From positions 11,954-75,953 of the forward strand of contig JAYRFV010000065.1 in NCBI GenBank assembly GCA_041908165.1: a DNA stretch of 64,000 nucleotides, read 5' to 3'. The translations under genes and the position numbers were made by a program. The first letter of the stretch is position 1. Each line of letters opens with the position of its first letter. The notes under the pieces were generated by a model, which saw nothing but the letters and a program-made list of their open reading frames with translations, ran no database searches and was not told the DNA's origin. Shown piece by piece: positions 44,769-52,496 of the stretch. The DNA is from Holophagales bacterium (GTDB lineage Bacteria; Acidobacteriota; Holophagae; Holophagales; Holophagaceae).

Positions 44769-46199
44769 TCAGCGCCGGCCCTCGAGGGCCTTCCAGACGG
44801 TGGGCAGGGCCTGCACCAGGGCACGGGAGGAAGCCGGCAGGGTCCTCGGGGTGAGCGGCACCGCGCTGGTGTCTTCGACCTGCAGGTTGCCCGGGGCGCG
44901 GCCCAGGCGGTAGCCGTTGTCGAGGCCGCCATCGCCGCCCAGGCGGATCCCGGGTGAGGCCGGATTGGCCACGGTCAGGTAGAAGCCCGCCACCGCCGGG
45001 GGACGACGGACGGCCTTGGACCTGCGCAGGCGGCGCGAGGCCAGCTCCTTGAAAAGGCTGCGGGCGGCGTGCTCGGCCGGGTTCACCAGGACGACCTCCT
45101 CGGCCACCCGGTCCGCGAAGGGCCGCCCACCCTCCTTCGCCTGGAAGCTCCGGGTCTGGCGGAAGGCGTCCTGCAGGTCCGCGCCCACCAGCGGGAAGTG
45201 GGTGCAGCCGAGCACCACCAGCTTGAGCGGCGGCGCCTTCGGATGGCTGGCCTGGAAGCCGCTGACCAGCCCGGCCACGTCGAAGCGCACGTAGTCCGCC
45301 ACGGCGTTGAGGGTGCCCGCCAGCAGCCGGGCCCGGTCCAGGCCGCCGAGCTGGGCCAGGTCGGCGCTGACCTCCGGGCCCTGGTAGGGCACCGGCCTAA
45401 TGGCGGCGGGGGTGACGAAGGCCGGGTTGCCCTCGATCGCCCCGGCCAGGCCGACGCTGCCCTGCTGGACCACGACCGGCCTCCCCTTGCCGGCCCGCTC
45501 CGCCGCCGCGGCGATGGCCGCAGGGTAGGCCCCCGAGGCGCAGGTGCCGACCGTGGCCATCACCCCCACCGAGGGCACCGGCCCCAGGGCGGGCAGCAGT
45601 TCCGCCACCGCCTCGGCGCCGGCGTCCACCACCCCGATCACCGGGATGTCCAGGCCCCAGTCCTTCAGCGCCGCGCGGATGTCGGCCAGGCCGTAGGCGG
45701 TGGCGGTGTTGCAGGCGATCACGATGGCCTTCACCGGTGGCTTGTCGAAGCGCGGCGCCGCCGAGGCGGCGGACCGGTAGCGGCGCCCCAGCAGGAACAC
45801 CACGTCCTTCAGGATCAGTTCCCGCAACAGGTCGGTCTTCCCGACCGACGGGTAGTTGCCGTAGGGCATGTTGGCCTGGTCCCCCAGGTAGATGAAGCGC
45901 TCCCCGGCGAGGTCCGGAACCCCGTCCGGCTTCGGAGCCAGGGTCCGGTTGTCCACCGCGTCCACCGTCAGCAGCGCCTCCAGCACCGTCAGCCCGCCGA
46001 TACCCGAATCGAACACCCCGATCGGCAGGTCCCGGTGCGGCCCGCGCCGCAGGGCCACCAGGTCAGCCGTATGCACCAGCCGGCCCGAAGGGTGCGCCGC
46101 GACCCGGGCCTTGAGGGGCCCGAGGGGGTCCTGGGCCAGGGCGGGCAGCAGCAGGCAGGCGGCGAGGAAGCATCGGGGGATGTGGGTTGCCAGGCGCAT
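44769..46199 (-). CDS. Glutamate racemase-like protein, atypically long (476 aa) with signal peptide, insertion and C-terminal extension
   Basis: MRLATHIPRCFLAACLLLPALAQD. IGVFDSGIGGLTVLEAL, IVIACNTATAYG, LVVLGCTHFPLVG (both catalytic Cys motifs). Confidence 0.8.
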   Translation of the reverse strand: MRLATHIPRCFLAACLLLPALAQDPLGPLKARVAAHPSGRLVHTADLVALRRGPHRDLPIGVFDSGIGGLTVLEALLTVDAVDNRTLAPKPDGVPDLAGERFIYLGDQANMPYGNYPSVGKTDLLRELILKDVVFLLGRRYRSAASAAPRFDKPPVKAIVIACNTATAYGLADIRAALKDWGLDIPVIGVVDAGAEAVAELLPALGPVPSVGVMATVGTCASGAYPAAIAAAAERAGKGRPVVVQQGSVGLAGAIEGNPAFVTPAAIRPVPYQGPEVSADLAQLGGLDRARLLAGTLNAVADYVRFDVAGLVSGFQASHPKAPPLKLVVLGCTHFPLVGADLQDAFRQTRSFQAKEGGRPFADRVAEEVVLVNPAEHAARSLFKELASRRLRRSKAVRRPPAVAGFYLTVANPASPGIRLGGDGGLDNGYRLGRAPGNLQVEDTSAVPLTPRTLPASSRALVQALPTVWKALEGRR

Positions 46200-46298
46200 C
46201 GGGCCTCCTCGCGGCGGGTCGGTCGCTCCATTGTGCGTCGACCTGCACCGCGCGTGACTGCTCGGTTGCGATCCACCCGGCCCGTCGTCCGGGCAGCC

Positions 46299-46688
46299 TC
46301 AGCGATCCTCCATCTCCGCCAGCCAGGCCTCGGCGGAGGGCAGGTCGCGCACCACCTGCACCTCCCAGCCGACCTGGGCCATGGCGGCTTAGTACATGCG
46401 GGCGAGGCCGAAGGCCAGGTCGGTGGGCGCCGCGATGGCGACCCGCGTGACCTTGAACCGTCGCGAGTGGCCGCGGTCCAGGGTGGCGATGGTCTCCAGT
46501 TCCGCGGTGGTGATCTCCAGGCGGGTGACGGCCGTGAGGTCGATCAGACCGTGGGTGATCCGCTCGGGCTCGGGCACCTCCTCGGGGAGGGCGCGGACGG
46601 CCTGGATGATCTCCTGGCCGGTGAGCACGCCCTCGCCAATGCGGCGCAAGCACCTCCCGTCCTGGGTGATCACGAGGCGGTACGGCAT
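46299..46688 (-). pseudogene. Small STAS/SpoIIAA-like hypothetical gene interrupted by an in-frame TAA (99 aa + stop + 29 aa)
   Basis: ORF 46389..46688 ends ...DLAFGLARMY-TAA. The same frame continues AAMAQVGWEVQVVRDLPSAEAWLAEMEDR-TGA (46299-46388) with genome-typical codon usage. AT-rich promoter-like tract at 46710-46780. Confidence 0.5.
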
Positions 46689-46839
46689 GGCGGACCTCAG
46701 GGTGCAGAGAAGGTGAACGCGAATTTTTTTTATTGTTAATACAGATTTTATCAATAGAACACAAAATGTTTTGCCGAGTCCTTCCCCATGGCCGCCTGCG
46801 CAGGCCAAACGCTGGTCACGGCGCGGGACGCTCGAACCG

Positions 46840-47284
46840 GACCAAGAGCACCTGGCTGGGGACACCGCATTTCCCGTTTCAACCGTCCACTTGACGGTCT
46901 CCACCTGTGGCCACCCTTCGCCAGGATTGGCGAATGGGACGGAATCGCCAGAGGCGATTGCCGCCTGGAAGGCGAGGAGGCAGGACGCGCCCTCGTCAGC
47001 CGGGCCGCGGATGTTCCTCGACGGTCCGAGTCCTTCCCGAACCATGAACCGGGTCGGTAAACAGGAAGCGGCCGCTGATCGTTCAACGGCCGCCCTTGGT
47101 GGCTGGGGACGGACTCGAACCGCCATCCGCTGGCCCCGGCCACGACGGCTCCGACCGTCCACTGGACGGTCTCCTCCTGTGGCCTAACGGACCGCGGATG
47201 TTCCTCGACGGTCCGAGTCCGTCCTGTGGCATGAACCGGGCCGGTAAACGGGAAGCGGCCGCTGATCATCCAACGGCCGCTCTT
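46840..47284. repeat. Tandem, progressively decayed duplications of the tRNA-Met 3' end plus its downstream flank
   Basis: Copy A 47005-47122 and copy B 47192-47310 (period about 187 bp) are near-identical. The 26 nt tggtggctggggacggactcgaaccg occurs at 47097-47122 and 47285-47310. A hairpin-plus-cctgtggcc module occurs at 46881-46912 and 47153-47184. Older fragments (ggttcgagcgtccc, gtccccagcca) lie at 46825-46865. Confidence 0.8.
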
Positions 47285-47361
47285 TGGTGGCTGGGGACGG
47301 ACTCGAACCGTCGACCTAAGGATTATGAGACCTTCGCTCTAACCACCTGAGCTACCCAGCC
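47285..47361 (-). tRNA. tRNA-Met family (anticodon CAT), CCA encoded
   Basis: Reverse complement ggctgggtagctcaggtggttagagcgaaggtctcataatccttaggtcgacggttcgagtccgtccccagccacca. Acceptor ggctggg/cccagcc, T-arm gacgg-ttcgagt-ccgtc, anticodon loop ctCATaa. I cannot distinguish elongator Met from Ile2(CAU). It lacks initiator hallmarks. Confidence 0.9.
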
Positions 47362-47373
47362 GGAACCGGCAGT

Positions 47374-48519
47374 CTACCGTGCGGGGGCGCCGAGATCCAG
47401 GGTTGTCTTGGCGGGGGCGAGCACCCGCTCGTACAGGTCCTCGTAGAGGTCGACGATGGGGCCTTCGGCGAAGGTGTCGAGGGCGCGGGTGCGGGCGGCG
47501 TCGCCGAAGGCCTGGCGGCGGGCGGGGTCCTTCAGCAGGTCCAGGCTGCGCGCGGTCATGGCCTCGATGTCACCAAGGGGGACCAGGAAGCCGTCGACGC
47601 CCTCGCGCACCACCTCCGGCAGGCCGCCGACCCGGTTGGCGATCACCGGCACCCTGTACGCCATGGCCTCCAGGGCCGCCAGGCCGAAGCTCTCGGTGGC
47701 GCTGGGCAGCAGGAACAGGTCGCTGCAGGCCAGCACGGTGCCGATGTCGAGCTGCTTGCCGGTGAAGCGCACCTCGGCCTCGAAGCCGTGGTCGCGGGCG
47801 TAGGCCTCGGCCTCGGAGCGGTCCGGACCGTCGCCCACCATCACCAGCCGGGCCGGGACCTGGGTGCGGATCCGCTCGAAGGTCCGCAGGACGTCGAGCA
47901 CCCGCTTCACCGGCCGGAAGTTGGAGATGTGGGTGACCACCTTGGCCCCGGCGGGGGCCAGCCAGGCCCGGCATTCCATGCGCTCGCCCGCCGGCGGCTC
48001 GACGAAGTTCGGGATGACGTGGATCTCCCGCCCCTCGCCGAAGGCACGTTCGGTTTCTTCCTTGAGGAAGCGGCTGACCGCGGTGACCGCGTCGCTGGCG
48101 CGGATCGCCAGCTTGACCATGGGCAGGTAGCTGGGGTCTGCGCCGACCACGGTGATGTCGGTGCCGTGCAGGGTGGTCACCACCTTCAGCCGGTCCTCCA
48201 GGGCCATCCGCGCCAGCAGGGCCGAAAGGGCGTGGGGGATGGCGTAGTGGGCGTGCATGATCTGCAGCCCGTGGTGGCCGGCGACGTCGGCCATCTTCGA
48301 AGCCAGGGCCACCGAGATCGGTGAGGCCTCGAACAGCGGGTAGGGGGCGGCGGTGACCTCGTGGAAGAACACCCGGTCCTCGAAGCCCAGCAGCCGCGGC
48401 GGCAGCGCCGTGCTCAGGATGTGCACCTCGTGGCCGCGGGCGGCCAGCGCCTTGCCCACCTCGGTGGCGACCACGCCCGAACCGCCGAAGGTGGAATAGC
48501 ACGAAATGCCAATGCGCAT
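47374..48519 (-). CDS. bshA: N-acetyl-alpha-D-glucosaminyl L-malate synthase (bacillithiol GT4 glycosyltransferase)
   Basis: [35 protein letters not shown]...HAHYAIPHA...[10 protein letters not shown]...[10 protein letters not shown] closely parallels B. subtilis BshA as I recall it. Confidence 0.8.
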   Translation of the reverse strand: MRIGISCYSTFGGSGVVATEVGKALAARGHEVHILSTALPPRLLGFEDRVFFHEVTAAPYPLFEASPISVALASKMADVAGHHGLQIMHAHYAIPHALSALLARMALEDRLKVVTTLHGTDITVVGADPSYLPMVKLAIRASDAVTAVSRFLKEETERAFGEGREIHVIPNFVEPPAGERMECRAWLAPAGAKVVTHISNFRPVKRVLDVLRTFERIRTQVPARLVMVGDGPDRSEAEAYARDHGFEAEVRFTGKQLDIGTVLACSDLFLLPSATESFGLAALEAMAYRVPVIANRVGGLPEVVREGVDGFLVPLGDIEAMTARSLDLLKDPARRQAFGDAARTRALDTFAEGPIVDLYEDLYERVLAPAKTTLDLGAPAR

Positions 48520-48591
48520 GGGCGCTCCCGATGACGGATATGATGAGGGTGAATCCCGGTCCCGACCAGCCCCGGGCCGGCCTTTCCCAGG

Positions 48592-48849
48592 ATGCCGATG
48601 TTCCCTTTGCTGTTCATTGTCGACCACATCATCAACGCACTGATCATCCTGATCGTGGTCTCCAGCATCCTGTCCTGGTTCCAGCCGGACCCGCGGAATC
48701 CGGTGGTGCGGCTGGTCAACGCCATCGTCGAGCCGCTCCTCCACCCTCTGCGCGCGGTGCTGCCGACCATGGGCCCCCTGGACCTCAGCCCGATGGCGGC
48801 GATGGCCATCCTCTGGCTGCTCCAGAACCTGCTGCGCGGCGCGTCCTGA
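48592..48849 (+). CDS. yggT: YggT-family membrane protein
   Basis: 85 aa. IINALIILIVVSSILSWFQPDPRNPVVRLVNAIVEPLLHPLR. Confidence 0.85.
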   Translation: MPMFPLLFIVDHIINALIILIVVSSILSWFQPDPRNPVVRLVNAIVEPLLHPLRAVLPTMGPLDLSPMAAMAILWLLQNLLRGAS

Positions 48850-48857
48850 GGCACCCC

Positions 48858-49367
48858 ATGCGATTCACCCCCCTCGACATCCAGCGCCGGGAGTTCGAGA
48901 AGGCCTTCCGCGGCATCGACGAGGGCGAGGTCCGGGCCTTCCTCCACGAGATCGCCTCGGAGTGGGAGGAGCTGCTGGCCTCCAACCAGCGCCTGCGCGA
49001 GGAGGTGCTCGACCTGCGCGAGCGCAACCGCCAGTACCAGGAGCAGGACCGGATCTTCCGCGAGACCCTGCTGCAGGCCCAGCGCACCAAGGAGGACCTG
49101 CTGGCGGTGGCGACCCGGGAAAAGGAACTGCTGGTCCGGGAGGCGCACTTCAAGGCCGACGAGATCCTCCGCGACGCCGAGCAGCGGGCGGTGGAACTGG
49201 AAGTGCAGATCCGCAACCTGAAGCTGGAGCGTTCCCGCTTCCTGACCGAGTTCGACGTGCTGCTGCTGCGCACCCGGCGCTTCCTCCAGGAGGAGGTGCC
49301 GGATGCCTTCCCACCCTCCGACCCGACCCTGCGCCTGGACGATCTCAATCTGGACGAGCCGGTTTGA
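48858..49367 (+). CDS. divIVA: DivIVA-domain protein
   Basis: MRFTPLDIQRREFEKAFRGIDEGEVRAFLHEIASEWEEL, then coiled coil. Follows yggT, as in dcw-distal clusters. Confidence 0.85.
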   Translation: MRFTPLDIQRREFEKAFRGIDEGEVRAFLHEIASEWEELLASNQRLREEVLDLRERNRQYQEQDRIFRETLLQAQRTKEDLLAVATREKELLVREAHFKADEILRDAEQRAVELEVQIRNLKLERSRFLTEFDVLLLRTRRFLQEEVPDAFPPSDPTLRLDDLNLDEPV

Positions 49368-49386
49368 TGAGGTGAGGAAACCGATT

Positions 49387-49499
49387 CACCACCAAGGCCA
49401 CCAAGTAAAAGCACGCCAATGGGCCTATTCGGGCCGATCGGCTTACCCCCGATCCTGCTTTCCTTGGTGCGTCCTGGCTTCCTTGGTGCCTTGGTGGTG
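49387..49499. repeat. Inverted-repeat element of the CTTGGYG/CRCCAAG family (about 113 bp)
   Basis: caccaccaaggccaccaag (49387-49405) versus cttggtgccttggtggtg (49482-49499), near-perfect reverse complements. Extra internal ccttggtgc copy at 49462-49470. Lies between convergent divIVA and arfB. Confidence 0.65.
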
Positions 49500-49520
49500 G
49501 TGTACTCCCCTTCCCTGCCG

Positions 49521-49946
49521 CTAATCGTCGCCGCCGGCCTTCCGTCCGCGCTTGCGGTCGCCGGCGCGGCGCTTGGCCTCCAGGCGCCGCGCCTGGCTGG
49601 CCCGGGTGGGGCGGGTGGCGCGCCGCGGCACCGGCGGCACCATCGCCGTGAGGATCGCCTGCTGCACCCGTGCGCGGGCCTCCTCCAGGTTGCGAACCTG
49701 GTCGCGGCTGCGGGAGACCACGACGATCCACCAGCCTTCGGCGTCCAACTGGTTGCGGACCGCGTGCCGCAGGCGCGCCAGGGCCTCGGGATGAAGCCCG
49801 AAGATCATTTCAAGATTTACCCTCAATTCTACTTTTGATGAGACTTTATTGACATTCTGCCCGCCCGGTCCGCCAGCCCGGACGGCCTTGAAGGCCAGCG
49901 CATCGGAGGGCACCAGGATCTGGTCGGTGACGGCGATGGGATCCAT
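49521..49946 (-). CDS. arfB: Alternative ribosome-rescue factor / peptidyl-tRNA hydrolase ArfB (YaeJ)
   Basis: RAGGPGGQNVNKVSSKVELR (GGQ motif) and basic C-terminal tail RRATRPTRASQARRLEAKRRAGDRKRGRK. Confidence 0.88.
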   Translation of the reverse strand: MDPIAVTDQILVPSDALAFKAVRAGGPGGQNVNKVSSKVELRVNLEMIFGLHPEALARLRHAVRNQLDAEGWWIVVVSRSRDQVRNLEEARARVQQAILTAMVPPVPRRATRPTRASQARRLEAKRRAGDRKRGRKAGGDD

Positions 49947-49949
49947 GGC

Positions 49950-50693
49950 TCAGGTCCGGCCGGCGAGAAAAGCCCCGAGGCCCTGGCCTTCGTGCAGGGC
50001 CTGGACCAGGGCTGATCCGACCACCGGCGTGGCGCCCTGGGCCCGCACGGCCGCGAGCGCCTCGGGACTGGACAGGCCGAATCCCACTGCCAGGGGGCGG
50101 TCTCCCAGGCGTCGAAGCTCGGCCATGCGGGACTGAACTGGGGTCAGGTCCGTAGCTGACCCGGCGCCAGTCACGCCCAGGCGCGCCACCACGTAGGCGA
50201 AGCGCTGGGCGAAGGGAGCCTTAGGGCCTGGATCCGGCCGGGCCGCGAGCAGGGCCGCAGCCCGTTCCGGCGTGGTGGTCGGGGCCAGCAGCGGGACCAT
50301 CGGGAAGCCGGCCTGCCGCAACCGGGCCTCGAATTCGGGTTCCTCACCGTCCGGAAGGTCCACCACCAGGAGGGCCTTCACCGGCGTGCGCGGCAGCAGC
50401 TCGAGCAGGACCTCGGCCCCGACCTGCAACAGGGGATTCACGTAGGTGAACAGCACAATATCAGGGCTTGCAGTGATTCCAGTGATGGTCTCCAGGACCT
50501 TCATGGGGGTCGCGCCCCCGGCGATGGCGCGCTGGGCGGCGGCCTGCAGGACCGGACCATCGGCGATGGGATCGCTGTGCGGCAGGCCCAGTTCGAGACA
50601 GTCGAGGCCCAGCGACCGGGCCTCCGCCAGCAGCCCCGGCAGGGCCTCCAGGGAAGGATCGCCGGCCATGATGAACGGCAGGATCGGGTTCAT
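49950..50693 (-). CDS. trpA: Tryptophan synthase alpha chain
   Basis: MNPILPFIMAGDPSLEA...LELGLPHSDPIADGPVLQAAAQRA. ATGA overlap with the trpB stop. Confidence 0.92.
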   Translation of the reverse strand: MNPILPFIMAGDPSLEALPGLLAEARSLGLDCLELGLPHSDPIADGPVLQAAAQRAIAGGATPMKVLETITGITASPDIVLFTYVNPLLQVGAEVLLELLPRTPVKALLVVDLPDGEEPEFEARLRQAGFPMVPLLAPTTTPERAAALLAARPDPGPKAPFAQRFAYVVARLGVTGAGSATDLTPVQSRMAELRRLGDRPLAVGFGLSSPEALAAVRAQGATPVVGSALVQALHEGQGLGAFLAGRT

Positions 50694-51868
50694 AGGCCCA
50701 GCCTCCCCTGGTAGGTCGATAGGTCCTTGTCGCCCCGGCCGCTCAGGCCCACCAGCACCGTGCGCACACCTTCCCCGGCGAGGGCGGCGAGGGCGGCCAG
50801 GCCGTGGCTGCTCTCCAGGGCGGGCAGGATGCCCTCCAGCCGGCAGAGCTGCTGCGCCGCGGCCAGGGCCGCCTCGTCCGAGGCGCGGCGGATCTCGACC
50901 CGCCCATCGAGCGCCAGGGCCGCCAGTTCCGGGCCCAGCGCAGGGTAGTCCAGGCCGGCGCTGATGCTCGCCGTCTCCGCCGTGTGCCCGTGCTCGTCCT
51001 GCAGCACCAGGGTCCGGCAGCCGTGCAGCACCCCCAGGCGGCCGCCGTCCAGGCGGGCGGCGTGCTCGCCCAGGGCCGACCCGTGGCCCCCCGCCTCTAC
51101 CGCCAGCCGCCGGCAGGGGTCGTCCAGGAACGGCCGCAGCAGGCCCAGTCCGTTGCTGCCGCCGCCGGCACAGGCGACCACCGCCTCGGGCAGCGCGCCG
51201 TGGCAGGCCAGCACCTGGTCGCGGGCCTCCTCGCCGATGACGGTCTGGAAGCTCCGCACCAGGGTCGGGAAGGGATGCGGCCCCAGTGCGCTCCCGAGGA
51301 CGTAGTGGGCGCGGTCGCAGCGCCCGGCCCAGGCGCGCAGGGCCTCGTTGACCGCCTCCTTGAGGGTGCCCTGCCCCGCGGCCACCGGCACCACCTCCGC
51401 GCCGAACAGGCGCATCCGCGCCACGTTGGGCGCCTGCCGGGCCATGTCCACCACGCCCATGTAGACCGTGCAGGCCAGCCCCAGGCGGGCGCAGGCCGCG
51501 GCCGTGGCGACCCCGTGCTGGCCGGCGCCGGTCTCGGCGATCACTTCGGCCTTGCCCATCCGCCGCGCCAGCAGGCACTGGCCAAGGGCGTTGTTGATCT
51601 TGTGGGCGCCGGTGTGGGCGAGGTCCTCGCGCTTCAGCCAGAGCCGCTCCAGGCCGAGTGTCCGGGCCAGCCGCGGGGCCTCCGTGAGGGCCGTGGGCCG
51701 GCCGACGAAGCTGCCGAGTTCGGCGGCCAGGTCCGCCTGGAACCGTGGATCCTCCAGCGCCGCCCGGAACGCCGCCTCCAGGTCCAGCAGCGGCTGCATC
51801 AGCGTCTCCGGGGCGTAGCATCCGCCCAGGCCCTGCCTGCCGAAGCGTTGCGCGAGCTCAAAGGGCAT
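50690..51868 (-). CDS. trpB: Tryptophan synthase beta chain
   Basis: LKREDLAHTGAHKINNALGQ (PLP Lys), AETGAGQHGVATA. Start trimmed to the Met at 51868. Confidence 0.95.
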   Translation of the reverse strand: MPFELAQRFGRQGLGGCYAPETLMQPLLDLEAAFRAALEDPRFQADLAAELGSFVGRPTALTEAPRLARTLGLERLWLKREDLAHTGAHKINNALGQCLLARRMGKAEVIAETGAGQHGVATAAACARLGLACTVYMGVVDMARQAPNVARMRLFGAEVVPVAAGQGTLKEAVNEALRAWAGRCDRAHYVLGSALGPHPFPTLVRSFQTVIGEEARDQVLACHGALPEAVVACAGGGSNGLGLLRPFLDDPCRRLAVEAGGHGSALGEHAARLDGGRLGVLHGCRTLVLQDEHGHTAETASISAGLDYPALGPELAALALDGRVEIRRASDEAALAAAQQLCRLEGILPALESSHGLAALAALAGEGVRTVLVGLSGRGDKDLSTYQGRLGL

Positions 51869-52496
51869 GGATTCCTCCTGGTTCCAGGTCCCGGGCCGCG
51901 GCCAGGTAGGCCCGGACCTTCGTTTCATCCTTCAGCCCGGGGGCGCGCTCCAGGCGGCTCGCGGCATCGAAGCCCCGGAGGTACGCGCGTGCCGAGGCCG
52001 GCAGGGCCGCGATCCGGTCCGCCAGGTTGCCGCCGTCCAGGCCGCCGGCGAGCAGGTAGTGCCCCGGGGGCGGATGCGCCAGCGGGTTTGCCAGGCCCGA
52101 GCCGCCCTCCAGTCCGGTGTTCGCAGGGCCCGGCTCCCACAGGTAGAGGCAGCCCTCCAGCGGCTCCTGGCCGGGCTGGTCGAGCCAGGGCAGCAGCACC
52201 TCGAAGCCCGCGCGCTGCAACGCCGCGGCCACCTGCGCCCGCCGCCGGCCGTGCGGCTGGATGCGTCGGAGGCCGGCGCGGTCCGCGGTTCGCGCCAGGT
52301 CGGCCGGATCGTCCGCCACCATCACCAGCACCGCCCGCTCGCGCACCGCCGCCACCGCTCCCACCAGGTCGGCGCAGTGGCGCGGGCTCGGGGGATGCAC
52401 CACGAAGCCCAGCAGGTCGGCGCCGGCGGCCGCCGCGAAGGCGGCGTCGACGGCGCTGGTCAGGCCGCAGACCTTGACCAGCAGGGCCGGGTTCAC
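51858..52496 (-). CDS. trpF: Phosphoribosylanthranilate isomerase
   Basis: VNPALLVKVCGLTSAVDAAFAAAAGADLLGFVVHPPSPRH. GTG start inferred from the frame and the 4 nt overlap with the trpC stop. Start coordinate +/- 3 nt. Confidence 0.85.
   Translation of the reverse strand: MNPALLVKVCGLTSAVDAAFAAAAGADLLGFVVHPPSPRHCADLVGAVAAVRERAVLVMVADDPADLARTADRAGLRRIQPHGRRRAQVAAALQRAGFEVLLPWLDQPGQEPLEGCLYLWEPGPANTGLEGGSGLANPLAHPPPGHYLLAGGLDGGNLADRIAALPASARAYLRGFDAASRLERAPGLKDETKVRAYLAAARDLEPGGIHAL

Noticed and set aside
47097-47184. Possible second tRNA (or long-variable-arm tRNA/tmRNA-like gene) ending in ...ggttcgagtccgtccccagccacca
   Set aside because: The T-arm and 3' acceptor strand are present. The sequence that would form the 5' acceptor strand (ggccaca...) pairs at only 3 of 7 positions. 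No D-arm or anticodon arm can be drawn. It is a 3' fragment copy of the neighbouring tRNA-Met.
46751-47269. 172 aa ORF (-) and 138 aa ORF (+) across the repeat region
   Set aside because: Both run through the tRNA-derived repeats. The translated repeats give duplicated peptide segments with no family resemblance, consistent with non-coding DNA.
46840-47361. CRISPR array
   Set aside because: The repeat units are about 187 bp, degenerate, only 2-3 copies, and demonstrably derived from the tRNA 3' end and its flank. No short regular repeat-spacer structure and no cas genes occur anywhere in the window.
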